A DNA stretch of 58,025 nt from a virus (taxonomy: Duplodnaviria; Caudoviricetes). The DNA is taken from positions 1 through 58,025 of IMG/VR virus record IMGVR_UViG_3300031974_003279. The stretch is one strand, 5' to 3'. This document shows positions 1-10,100 of the stretch, piece after piece. Positions within the stretch are counted from its first letter, which is position 1; every line of letters begins with the position of its first letter. The translations under genes were made by a program, and so were the position numbers. Below the pieces are notes generated by a model. The model had not been told where the DNA came from. It ran no database searches and saw nothing but the letters and a program-made list of their open reading frames with translations.

Positions 1-1460
1 CAGACTACAAGAGACTGCTGCCAAATCAGTATGGTGGTTCAAGCTATGCAGATAGATCTCGTAATCAGTATGTAGTTGCAAGTAGATACTTCGACATTGA
101 AGAAAGTCTTACGACTGTTGATTACACTAGGGATGTAACATTTGGGGACTCGTTTACTACGGTACATCACTATCAAAGAAGCTATCCTGCTGTTACAGAC
201 ATTACAACTAAGTCTGGTCACAGAGACCTCTATCAGTACTACAGTGAGAGTCAGGTAGCAGAACCCTTGCGTGTCTATGCTGGTACAGTCACTCGAAAGC
301 CTACTCTAAAGTTTGAAGAGTCTGAGATATACAATGCAGCGTACGACAGAAAGCACGATGCTCGTGTATTCTTTGCAGAGCCTTTGACGGTTATTGATAC
401 TACAGATAAGTTCAATGAGGTTAAGTACTCTGATGCAAAAATTCCTGGTGAGTCTGTTGACTCTTGGCTTAATTACGGCGAAGGCAATGTAGGGTACTTG
501 GATGGTGGCCTTGGGGAAATAACAGCTATTCATACTGGGCCAAAAGATGACCTTTGGATTTGGCAGCAGCATGGTTACGGTGCATATGCAATCAACCCAT
601 CGGTAATACAGCCAGACACTGCAGGTAATGCTGTGTTTATGGGAACCGGTACAGTTCTTCAAAAGTTTGCATACGTATCAAGAATAACAGGTCTTCAACA
701 TACTCGAGCAATAGTTCAGAATCCCTACGGATTTATTTGGTATGATGCTGCAAGAAAAGCCATACAGTCCGTATCTAACGATCGTAAAGAAATTGATCTA
801 TTAGGAATCAATAGCTACATTAATAGTTTGGGTACGTTTTCAAATAACCCCGTCACAGGATCTGGTGTTGTGGCTTCTTATTGTAGTGAGACTAATGAAG
901 CAACTCTGTTTTTTAATTCTTCGACGACTACTGGTGATGGTGTAGTTTACAACTACATTAAGCAAGCCTGGTCTCATTTTGTAGATGGTCAACCAAGCAT
1001 GCATATTGACTACCATGGTCTTCCTATACTACCTAAAGCTGGAAGCAGAGAAGTCTACAGATTTGGTGATGGTGATCAAGGGTCAATGTTTGGAACGGTC
1101 TACCCATCTTCGGTAACTGTAATTATTTCAGATCCACCGGGTGTAGTTAAGTTCCTTGACAACCTTTTTTGGAACTCTGAGTGTTACAACACAGCTGGTG
1201 TAGATCAGGCTGATAAGACTGTCAATAAGATACGTATCTACAATGATCACCAAGACTCTGGGTTGATTGACCTTGGTCGTCCCGATCTCGTAAGACTGCT
1301 TAGGGAATGGCGTTATGTTGTACCAGATGCTGGTAGACTTGAGAGATTCCAGAGTCAGTATTTCTTTGTTCAGCTATATACTGACAACGCAGAGAATCTA
1401 AAGTTGATCTTACAAAGTCTAAGATACAGGTATAGGTTACACCCTATGCCGTTCATGTAA
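1..1460 (+). CDS. Tail stabilization protein-like, 5'-truncated by the window edge
   Basis: The frame is open from nt 3 (DYKRLLPNQYGGSS...FGDSF) through the listed 267..1460 ORF, so the TTG start is artefactual. Beta-rich sequence (GEITAI, FIWYD, YNY..QAWSHF, W-R tail) and position just before the cargo genes match crAss-like stabilization proteins. Confidence 0.7.
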   Translation, partial: DYKRLLPNQYGGSSYADRSRNQYVVASRYFDIEESLTTVDYTRDVTFGDSFTTVHHYQRSYPAVTDITTKSGHRDLYQYYSESQVAEPLRVYAGTVTRKPTLKFEESEIYNAAYDRKHDARVFFAEPLTVIDTTDKFNEVKYSDAKIPGESVDSWLNYGEGNVGYLDGGLGEITAIHTGPKDDLWIWQQHGYGAYAINPSVIQPDTAGNAVFMGTGTVLQKFAYVSRITGLQHTRAIVQNPYGFIWYDAARKAIQSVSNDRKEIDLLGINSYINSLGTFSNNPVTGSGVVASYCSETNEATLFFNSSTTTGDGVVYNYIKQAWSHFVDGQPSMHIDYHGLPILPKAGSREVYRFGDGDQGSMFGTVYPSSVTVIISDPPGVVKFLDNLFWNSECYNTAGVDQADKTVNKIRIYNDHQDSGLIDLGRPDLVRLLREWRYVVPDAGRLERFQSQYFFVQLYTDNAENLKLILQSLRYRYRLHPMPFM

Positions 1461-1474
1461 TCGTTACTTTTTTT

Positions 1475-1508
1475 GTTAGACTGACCTATACTAAAAGGCA
1501 TATCTTTG
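1475..1508 (+). promoter_or_regulatory. Putative late promoter GTTAGA-N20-TATCTTTG
   Basis: Bacteroidota -7 consensus TAnnTTTG at 1501-1508 in the intergenic gap before the cargo operon; same architecture as the 32071-32104 element. Confidence 0.6.
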
Positions 1509-1540
1509 GTATACAGTAGGTACCTATTACAAAAAACGTA

Positions 1541-4360
1541 ATGAAGAAAAAGCCATCCTTTAAAGATCTGACTTTTGATGAGGACGGTACATTTGGTTTT
1601 CCAGATGTCACTGTAAACTATATGCTTACCGGCGGTATGGTTGATCCCATGGCAGAAGACGACGCTATGCTCGAAGGACGTCTTCGTGAAGAACGTCAAA
1701 GAATCAAAGATGAGCGTAATGCCGCTATAAAAACAGGCATTGGTATCGTTGGCGGTCTTGCAGGAGCTGCGGCTGGTATTCCTGGAGTTGGTTCTGCTGT
1801 AGGTAAGTTCTTTAACTCAGACAGTGAAGATCCTGCTGCATTGGGTTCTGGTATCTTAGGTGGCTTTAGTGCACTTACCGGAATGGTTGCTGAGATGGGT
1901 GGTAAGGTAAAAGGTAGCTATTCTAAAACAGGACTCTTAGAACTTAACGGAGACTCCCATGACGAACCCTCTGGTGGCATTGATATGACTGAACCAGGGT
2001 CATCGACATATACTCTTGTTGAGGGTGGTGAGACCATGTTCAATGATTTTGTTTATACCAATAGCAGAGCTGTAGGTAAGGGTACGGCTAAACGATTTAA
2101 GCTACCTAAGTTTATTGAGGGCTTGACGTTTGCTGATGCAAGTAAAAAGCTTGCCGAGGATTTCAACATGAATCCCAATAACCCTAATTCCAAGAAGTCA
2201 TTTGAACAGATGATGGCTCGTTTGGAAGAGGCACATTTGGCCGACGTTCCTGAATCACGTCCAGAAAACCAGGCGGCATCTGTAGCTAACTCTACTATCC
2301 AAAATGCAGCTGCGTTTAGGTATGGTGGCGATTATACAATGTTGGCAAATGGTGGTACCGTAGATCCCGAGATGAAGTTCCGGAATAAGTACAATACCGA
2401 TCTGACAAAATCAGAGCAAACGGCTTTTAACAAATGGGCTCAAGAAGAGTCTGAGCGTCAAGGTAGGGACATCCTTATGGATAAAGGTGCTTATGATGTC
2501 CAAGGCTTTTGGAAATCTGGAGACTACAAAAACATTGATAAAGACGGTCACGGCACTGACAAATGGAAGAAACCAAATCATCCAACCTTTAGTAATGAAT
2601 CGATCTACCACAATGTAGATGGATATGTTGGAGGTGTGTGGGGCAAAGATGGTTCTTATATGCCTTCAGCACATACTAGCGGAATGTACGGTGCTGACTA
2701 TTATGATAGGATGTTTTCAAGTGAAGCCGATAGACCCGAGCATTTACATCCGTTTTCAAAACAACAGATGACGGGTTCCAAGGTCAAAGGTATGATGCTT
2801 GAGAATGGAGGTGATACCGATCCACCAGAGCCGCCTCATAATGAAATAATGAAGCGTCAGATCTATGCTGAGTCTCGGTTTGACCCAAAGGCTAAGTCAC
2901 CTGCAGATGCTAAAGGGCTCGCTCAATTTAGAGACATTACTGTTGAAGAATTAAAGCGACTAAAAATTGCTGACGATTCATTTGATCCTTATGATGTGGA
3001 TGACGCAATCATGGGTCATAAAGCCTATATGGCCAATCTTGAAGGAAGACCTTGGATAGCTAAAGGAGACTCCGAAGCTCAGATTGCAAAAGCCTTGGCT
3101 GCATATAACTTAGGACCTAAGGCAACGCTTAAAGAGCTAGAGCGGATCAAAAAGAAAGGTATAGATATTTACAAAGGCAGTGATTGGTCTAAGGAGCTCA
3201 ATAAAGAAACTCGTGACTACATCCAGAGAGCGTTGGGTTATGATGAAGACTTTAATAAAGAGTACGAACAAGCTGTAAAGAGCGATAAGTTTAAGGACAT
3301 CGTAGATAAGATCGATTACCAGTTTGGTGGTAATAAATACAATGTTCTTAGAGAGCAGTATTCTAAAGCAATGTCAAATGTACCTGGGACAATAAACCCA
3401 ATGGGCGAACTTACCCGGGAAGCATATACTGACTTTAGCAAATCATTTGATCCAATTACTCAGCTTTCAGAAGAGATGACAGGAAGACCTGTTCCCAAAA
3501 TGGGTTCCGGTAAAACAAGCGGGTTTACTCCTATACCAGAAAATCTTTTAAACGCAGACATCCCTCTTCCTGATGAGGCAGAAGACAAATCAGTAATTCC
3601 CCGAGCAATTCTTTCTGAGGATATGATTGACGACTCTGAAGCTATGAAAAAGCTTCAGCAAGCTGATGAAGCTAGTGCTGAACCAGGACCTAAGCCATTG
3701 AAAAAAACTGAAGAGTCAAATAAGTTCCTTGAGAACTTAAGGTATGCTCCATTACTAGGCTCTTTAATTCAGACAGGGAAAACTCTTTTTGATCGTCCAA
3801 CTAAGAAGGATACTTATAAGTATGACATTCAGAGTACTGACAAGGCCAACACTATAAATGTAGATCCTATGATTGCATCTATTCAGGAAGGTCAGTCAAC
3901 TACCGAGCAGGCACTCAAGAGTCAGCTGTCCGATCCTTCACAACTTATGGCCTCATTGATTTCTTTGGGAGCAACAGCTATGGGTAGTCGATCTGATGTT
4001 GCAATGAAGAAGCAGATGTTTGATATTTCTCAGGAAGACAGAGCTGCAGAAATGGATCTCAAAGCAGACATGTCTAATCAAAAAGCACGCATGGAAACTG
4101 ATTTCCAAAGCGATGCAGATATGGCAGCTTATTCTGATCTGAGTAATCAGGCAATGACTGCTTTGTTTGAAAACATTGGTGCAGTTGGCCAGGAGGCAAG
4201 TAACAAAGCTCTTATCGAAAAAATGAACCCATTCGATGACGAGGGTAGAGTTGTTAAACCAGAGCTACTGCCTTACATGCCATTCATTCAATCATTGATG
4301 GCACTACAACAGAATCCTACCGGGGCTACTAAGACTTCTAGCTCTAAAACGACATCTTAA
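1541..4360 (+). CDS. Putative virion cargo/ejection protein with internal soluble lytic transglycosylase (SLT) domain
   Basis: Gly/Ala-rich hydrophobic N-terminal segment; GDSHD..GGI / VEGGE motif; SLT motifs AES, GLAQF, ALAAYNLG, ETRDY (about 2846-3240); recurring xxxGG linkers. Confidence 0.7.
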   Translation: MKKKPSFKDLTFDEDGTFGFPDVTVNYMLTGGMVDPMAEDDAMLEGRLREERQRIKDERNAAIKTGIGIVGGLAGAAAGIPGVGSAVGKFFNSDSEDPAALGSGILGGFSALTGMVAEMGGKVKGSYSKTGLLELNGDSHDEPSGGIDMTEPGSSTYTLVEGGETMFNDFVYTNSRAVGKGTAKRFKLPKFIEGLTFADASKKLAEDFNMNPNNPNSKKSFEQMMARLEEAHLADVPESRPENQAASVANSTIQNAAAFRYGGDYTMLANGGTVDPEMKFRNKYNTDLTKSEQTAFNKWAQEESERQGRDILMDKGAYDVQGFWKSGDYKNIDKDGHGTDKWKKPNHPTFSNESIYHNVDGYVGGVWGKDGSYMPSAHTSGMYGADYYDRMFSSEADRPEHLHPFSKQQMTGSKVKGMMLENGGDTDPPEPPHNEIMKRQIYAESRFDPKAKSPADAKGLAQFRDITVEELKRLKIADDSFDPYDVDDAIMGHKAYMANLEGRPWIAKGDSEAQIAKALAAYNLGPKATLKELERIKKKGIDIYKGSDWSKELNKETRDYIQRALGYDEDFNKEYEQAVKSDKFKDIVDKIDYQFGGNKYNVLREQYSKAMSNVPGTINPMGELTREAYTDFSKSFDPITQLSEEMTGRPVPKMGSGKTSGFTPIPENLLNADIPLPDEAEDKSVIPRAILSEDMIDDSEAMKKLQQADEASAEPGPKPLKKTEESNKFLENLRYAPLLGSLIQTGKTLFDRPTKKDTYKYDIQSTDKANTINVDPMIASIQEGQSTTEQALKSQLSDPSQLMASLISLGATAMGSRSDVAMKKQMFDISQEDRAAEMDLKADMSNQKARMETDFQSDADMAAYSDLSNQAMTALFENIGAVGQEASNKALIEKMNPFDDEGRVVKPELLPYMPFIQSLMALQQNPTGATKTSSSKTTS

Positions 4361-4362
4361 CA

Positions 4363-7188
4363 ATGGCAATCAATCGTTTTTCCAAGGGACGAACCTTTGC
4401 AAGGTTTACTCCAGACACTCTGGAGAAAATGTCCATACTTCCAAACTTTTACTCTGGACTTTATAGTCAGAGAGAGCAAACTAAAGGGTTGTTAAGAAAC
4501 TTAGGTATTCGCCCTGCAGCAATGGATGCAGAGGCAGCTAATAAGATCACATCTGATTTTAGCGATAAGCTTCAGGAAGATTCAAAACAGTTTTTGAAAA
4601 CTGGTTTTTCTGACCCGTCCAGTCGGGAAATGATCTCTACTCTTGTTTCTGACTATCAAGATTTGCAGAAGGGTGATATTTTTCATATCAACGCTCGCGG
4701 TGATTACTTTAGGAATGTCAACGAACAGTTTAAAAAGTACAAAGAAGACGCAGATAGTGCCGGTGAGTTAAGTTGGATTGAAGACCAACAAAGTGACTGG
4801 ATGAATCAGTCTATGAAGACAAGCCTTAAGGACGAAGAAGGTAATTACTTAGATCTACCGACTCCGGATTACACTGGTTATGTTGATCTCTACGAAAAGT
4901 TTTCAGAGATGGCTGAAGATGTCGATGTCCTCAGCAACTATAAAATTACTGAAGATGGTATAGTAACTATAGAAGAGCGTCCCGAGAATGCTTTTAACTC
5001 TATGCTTTTTGCATTCTTGGGTGACCGCGGTAACATGGAGTACATTCAGAAGTACGAAAAGCTTTATGGTAATAGCGGTATTGCAGAGACTGAGGATAAA
5101 ACGGGTTATGAGTTTTTAAATAAGGACGGTAGTTTTGACACTAGTACTCTTATTGGAGGTATTGCTCAGCAAGTTTTTAATGCAAAGTTTGGACGAAGTA
5201 CATCTCTAACTCAGTTCAAAGGGGGTGACTCTTCCTCGTTTGGTCCAAACGGCTCTTTTGCTAGCGCACCTTTGTTTGATATAAGTGAGTCCAAGGATGA
5301 TGAGACCAGGTTTTACAATTCTATGGAAGTATTCCAAAATGGTCTTAATGAACAACGTCTTGCATATAAGGTAGCAGATGAGGCTCTTACCAGGTCTACT
5401 ATGCCTGCAATTGAACAGGTTAAAAATAATTCTAACGTAGATATATCAAATACAGTTAAGACAGAAGAGTATCCTGAGTTTTTATCTGACATATCATCAA
5501 ATCTTAAATTAGCACCTAAGGACCAGTTGGCAGCTATTACAAAAACTCTTAAAGATTATGGTTTTTCTGAAAGCGATGCTAACACTTTAAAAGCAGCTCT
5601 TTTATCAGAAGACTTGCAGTCTCGTCAACTTCGAGGAGCTGTTGGTCAATGGGGTATTTTGAACGATGAAAAAAATCAAAAGCTTGATGTTCTGACCGCT
5701 ACAGAAAATGCTAGTGGTGCATTGCTTAGAAAAGTTGATGAAAAGTGGGTACCAATATCTGTTAACACTCCTGGTTATTTTGGTGAAGGTGAGGTTACTT
5801 ACAATAATGTCATTGATCTAGAAAAGCATAAGGCTGACGCAAGTTCTCAGTTTGTGCAACATCTTAGAGAGGCATACTTAGAAGGTGGTAGGGCTAGTGT
5901 TGAAGCACAAATGTTTAAAGCAGAGCCTCCCAATGAAGAAGCCTTTGAAAAAGAGCTTTATAAACTAGAAAATGCTCTTAACAGTCTTGTATGGAATTTA
6001 GATTACTCTAAAGACTCTGCTCCAGACATTAACGATGTTCGATTAGCTATTGAGGAGATTAGTTTAGGGTTGGACTACATAAACTTAGAACCTTATAGCA
6101 GTGGTATGGGGTTGGCTTTTGGATCTACAATTGGCACTTTATTTCAAGATTATGCTGGACCATTTTTTAGATCGCTTTTAGAAACACCAAAAAGAATGAT
6201 TCTTGGTGAAGAAGGTCCTTCACAAGCTGACTTGGAGTTAGGAGCGTTGATAGAAGGTAGAAAAGGTGCAAACATGGCCTTTAGAGATCTGATCTATCCT
6301 ACAAAATATGCGGCTGAAGCAATTTATAAAAATCAAGAAGCCGCTCAAGTTGTAGGAGATAACTACTATGTAAAGAGTGCTCTTATAACTGTTCAAGATA
6401 CACCTGGTGGAAAAAAATTGAACGAAGCTCTTAGTGGATTTAAGAATGCATTTCTTCAGCAAATATCTCCTGAGATGATGGTTAACTTACAAACTGTCAA
6501 TGGAACTTCTTATTTGCAAGAGTTAGAGAAAAAAGGTATCGGTATAGCTAATATTAACGAAATTGATATTAGCGAAGCTACTGTACAACTAGGGGCTCAT
6601 ACCGGTACCGATGGTTTTCCAGTAACAACTCTTGTGGTTAGCGGTAGTGTAAATGTTGCTCAAACAGGTGCTGGTACAAAGAAGAAAACTCTTCCTCAGG
6701 TGCACTTTGATCTTTCTGAATTACCTGTTTACAATCAGCAATTGGATGCACTCAACAGTTTAATTTGGCTTACATCAAACAAAGCTGCTTCAAAAGGGTC
6801 GACTTTAGGTACAAAGTTCGATCAAGGTCAGGCACAAGTTGCATCATTCTACAATCAAATGGTTGGAAAAGATGTGATTCAGAATAATGCAGTTATTCAA
6901 AAAAGATTGACAACGCCACCCGAAAACAAAGATTCTTACTTTAACGTAGAGCTTGACGCTGGTGAGTATTATCCCAATTTCCAAATGCCGAGTCTTCAAG
7001 TTTATGCTGTACCGCTACTAGAAAGAAACGAAAAAGGTAAGTTGGTTCGAGTTCCTGATAAATATACTTGGAATGTTCTTGGAGCAGGAGCCCTAGGATC
7101 TGCTGGGTCTACATCAGTTGAGCAACTCTCTGCTCTTTATGGACAAATTGGAAAGTATCTTTACGACAATACGCACGGACGCAAATAA
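4363..7188 (+). CDS. Putative virion cargo protein (941 aa)
   Basis: Long ORF tightly coupled between the first cargo gene and the virion RNAP; no catalytic motif recognised. Confidence 0.55.
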   Translation: MAINRFSKGRTFARFTPDTLEKMSILPNFYSGLYSQREQTKGLLRNLGIRPAAMDAEAANKITSDFSDKLQEDSKQFLKTGFSDPSSREMISTLVSDYQDLQKGDIFHINARGDYFRNVNEQFKKYKEDADSAGELSWIEDQQSDWMNQSMKTSLKDEEGNYLDLPTPDYTGYVDLYEKFSEMAEDVDVLSNYKITEDGIVTIEERPENAFNSMLFAFLGDRGNMEYIQKYEKLYGNSGIAETEDKTGYEFLNKDGSFDTSTLIGGIAQQVFNAKFGRSTSLTQFKGGDSSSFGPNGSFASAPLFDISESKDDETRFYNSMEVFQNGLNEQRLAYKVADEALTRSTMPAIEQVKNNSNVDISNTVKTEEYPEFLSDISSNLKLAPKDQLAAITKTLKDYGFSESDANTLKAALLSEDLQSRQLRGAVGQWGILNDEKNQKLDVLTATENASGALLRKVDEKWVPISVNTPGYFGEGEVTYNNVIDLEKHKADASSQFVQHLREAYLEGGRASVEAQMFKAEPPNEEAFEKELYKLENALNSLVWNLDYSKDSAPDINDVRLAIEEISLGLDYINLEPYSSGMGLAFGSTIGTLFQDYAGPFFRSLLETPKRMILGEEGPSQADLELGALIEGRKGANMAFRDLIYPTKYAAEAIYKNQEAAQVVGDNYYVKSALITVQDTPGGKKLNEALSGFKNAFLQQISPEMMVNLQTVNGTSYLQELEKKGIGIANINEIDISEATVQLGAHTGTDGFPVTTLVVSGSVNVAQTGAGTKKKTLPQVHFDLSELPVYNQQLDALNSLIWLTSNKAASKGSTLGTKFDQGQAQVASFYNQMVGKDVIQNNAVIQKRLTTPPENKDSYFNVELDAGEYYPNFQMPSLQVYAVPLLERNEKGKLVRVPDKYTWNVLGAGALGSAGSTSVEQLSALYGQIGKYLYDNTHGRK

Positions 7189-7199
7189 AGCGCACAACA

Positions 7200-10100
7200 A
7201 TGGCTAAGAAAGTTCTTGACTCTCTCAACGAATTACTGAATGAAGGAGCTGTTACTCAAACTAACAAGGTTCCTAACCGAGAAACAGATCAGCAAGATCC
7301 TGTATACTCTGGACCACTTTTAGAAGTTCCATCCACACCGGCAATCTCTCCGGTAACCATTGATGTAAAAAAAGTTTTTCAGTTTGCTCCGGATGAGTTC
7401 AAACAAGTTCCGCTTTACTCAACTGACAAATATCTTCAAGATCTAGGTGCTGCCTACCAAGGCAACTTTAAAAGAAACATGTACGCTATTCCTAGGATTG
7501 TAGGAACGGCTCTTACCGAAATGGGTCAGTTTTTAGCCGCCCCTTTAGATTGGGTAATTGGAACTGGTGGTGCTGCTTTTGGGGTTGAAAACGATCCTTA
7601 TGCAGAAAACCAAAACATGATCAGCTTTTCAAAAGCTCTTCGTGATGCTCAAGAATGGTCCAATGATCTTTTTCCAATAATTCATAGAAGTGATTTTCAC
7701 TCAAAGCCTTTCCATGAGCAGATAACATCTTCTGAGTTTGTTGGAGAAGAGGTTGCTCAAGGTATTGGATTTTTTGGAGGCATGTTGATACCAGGTGCAG
7801 CTCTTAGTAAGATGGGTAAGTTTGCTGCCTTTAGCCGTGGTATTAGAAAGGCAAACTATGCAACCATTGAGGCAGCTAAGAAGAGTCCGGTTCTTCGAAA
7901 GCTTATGGAAAAGACCCGTGGTGTTGATCGTAAGAATTGGATGCTTACTAAGGAGTCAGGGGACGCTCTTTCTTTAAACACATTTACAGCTTACCAGACT
8001 TTAATCGAAGCAAACGCAGAGGCTTCTTTTGCTAAGCAAGAGGCTTACGATAAGTTGTACGCTCTCTATAAAGATGGTGAAATCAATCCTACTACTGGAC
8101 AACCTTGGACAATGGATGAGGTTCGAGAGTCTGTAGATCAGATTGGTAAGGATATTTATTACTACAACATTGGTATTCTAGGTATTTCAAATACCATTAT
8201 GAATAATATGTTGTTTGGTGCTCACAAGCCATCTGGAGCACGCCTTGCTGCTTTGACAAGAGGTACATCTAAAGCAGACTTGTCTAAAGCCAGGCGTGTA
8301 TACAATAGATCTAAAAAGATTGCTTCTGGTGCAGGTAAGGGTATTGCTAGCGAAGGTTTCTTTGAAGAAGGTTCTCAAACTGCAGGTGAGTTAGCTGCTC
8401 AAGCTAATCTCCTTAAGGACAACGACAAAGATGTATTTGATCTTTTCACAGGTTACTTCCGTAACTATGACAAGATGCTTACAACTACCGAAGGTCAGAA
8501 AGCAATTTTGCTTGGTAGTCTTTTGGGTGCACCATCTTCAATGTACTCATCATGGAAAGAATCAAAACAAGCCGACAGTGTATACGAAGCAATTAGAGAC
8601 GCTAGAAACAATGCCGTAAATACTGTTCTTAAGCCACTCATTGGTGATCTTTATGAAAGGAACGAAGACGGTTCCTACAAGAGAGTTCTTAATAAAAAGA
8701 CTGGTAAGAACGAGCTTGTACCTAAGATATCTGGACTACTTGCAAACAGTAGAGGTTTGGCTCATTTGCAAAAGCTTTCTTCTGAGTTACAAGAACTTGC
8801 TGTAACAGATCCAGAACTCTTTACTGAAGTAGTCAAAGAAGAGGTTATACCTCAGCTTATAAAGTCATACGTAAAGTTTGATCAAACTATGGAGGTCTTG
8901 TTCGAAGACCTTTCTAGAGAGCTCAAGCTTATCCGAGAGAAATACTCTGACTTTAATTATATAGTTACGCTTGAGGACATTAAGGAGATTGCTAAGCAAA
9001 TGAGTAATGATCGCAAGGGTATTCAACCTATTGCTGATCTGTACACATTTTCTGAAACTGCAATGTCAGATCTTGAGGCCGTGGACTCCAAGGGTGAGCC
9101 GGATCTCAACACGCGTCAAAAGGTTACTATGTTTCAAGAAGAGGTCATTTTTGATGGCTACTTGAATCAAACCAATAGACTTCGTGCAGCAAAAAAGGCG
9201 TTGGCTAAAGCTGAGGAAGAGGGTGCTTCTGAAAAACAGATTGAAAGTATTAAGAAGCAGATTGAGATCATTGAGTCGAACATTGCTCTCTTTACTAACA
9301 TGTCTCGCGAAGAGTATGATAAGCTCTACCAGCAATACCGGGAGGACTCTAATAAAAGAGTTCGTTTGCAGGAGATTGAGGCAATTCAATTCCAAGAAGC
9401 TGGGGAAGAGACTGCTGCAAAGACTACGCTTACCGAAGATGCTCAGAAGTTTTGGAATCAACACCATACCTATGATGTATACGGTCGTCCTTCGCAGGAA
9501 CAAGGTCAGGACGATTCTAAACCTGCAATTCTAACTACATCTTCATTCAAGCTTGTTGATGAGAGCGGTAAGACTATTGAGACGTCTTTGGAGTTGTTAC
9601 CTCCAACCGATAATGGCACAGGTACGGACCAACCATTGGTTCTTCAGTCTCCTACCGGTCAGCAGTACGGAGTAAAGTTTGTAAATGATAAGCCGGTTAT
9701 TACACGCTTGGATACCGGCAAGCCTGTTGGTGCAAGTCTTGTTGAAGAGATTGCAGATCTAGAAAGGCAAATTTCAGAGCTGGATGAACAAATCGATAAT
9801 GCCTCAGGTGTACCATCGATTCCACAAGAGGTCATTGATATACAAAATCAAATTCGTGACTTAAGGGATCCAGATGGGAGTGTACCTGACTCTAAATTAG
9901 CAGAGTTTAAAAGGCTTCAACGACTAAAAAACTTTGTTGAGTCTGGTAGTGTTGCTTACAGGTTTTTAAGAGCACTTGATTCTCTTAAAAAAGGACTGAG
10001 CCCCAAAGAGCTTGCGTATCTTGAGGCATATTCTCGCATTTCTAAAAGCTTTGAAGAGCTTATTACTAATCTAAATGAGAGCGGTAAATTTACTACTGAG

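Noticed and set aside
267-269. TTG start of the first gene, and the extended starts listed for 39057, 42759, 53347, 54996 and 56500
   Set aside because: The first frame is open to the window edge; the other extensions overlap upstream genes or terminators, and downstream ATGs with typical leaders fit better.
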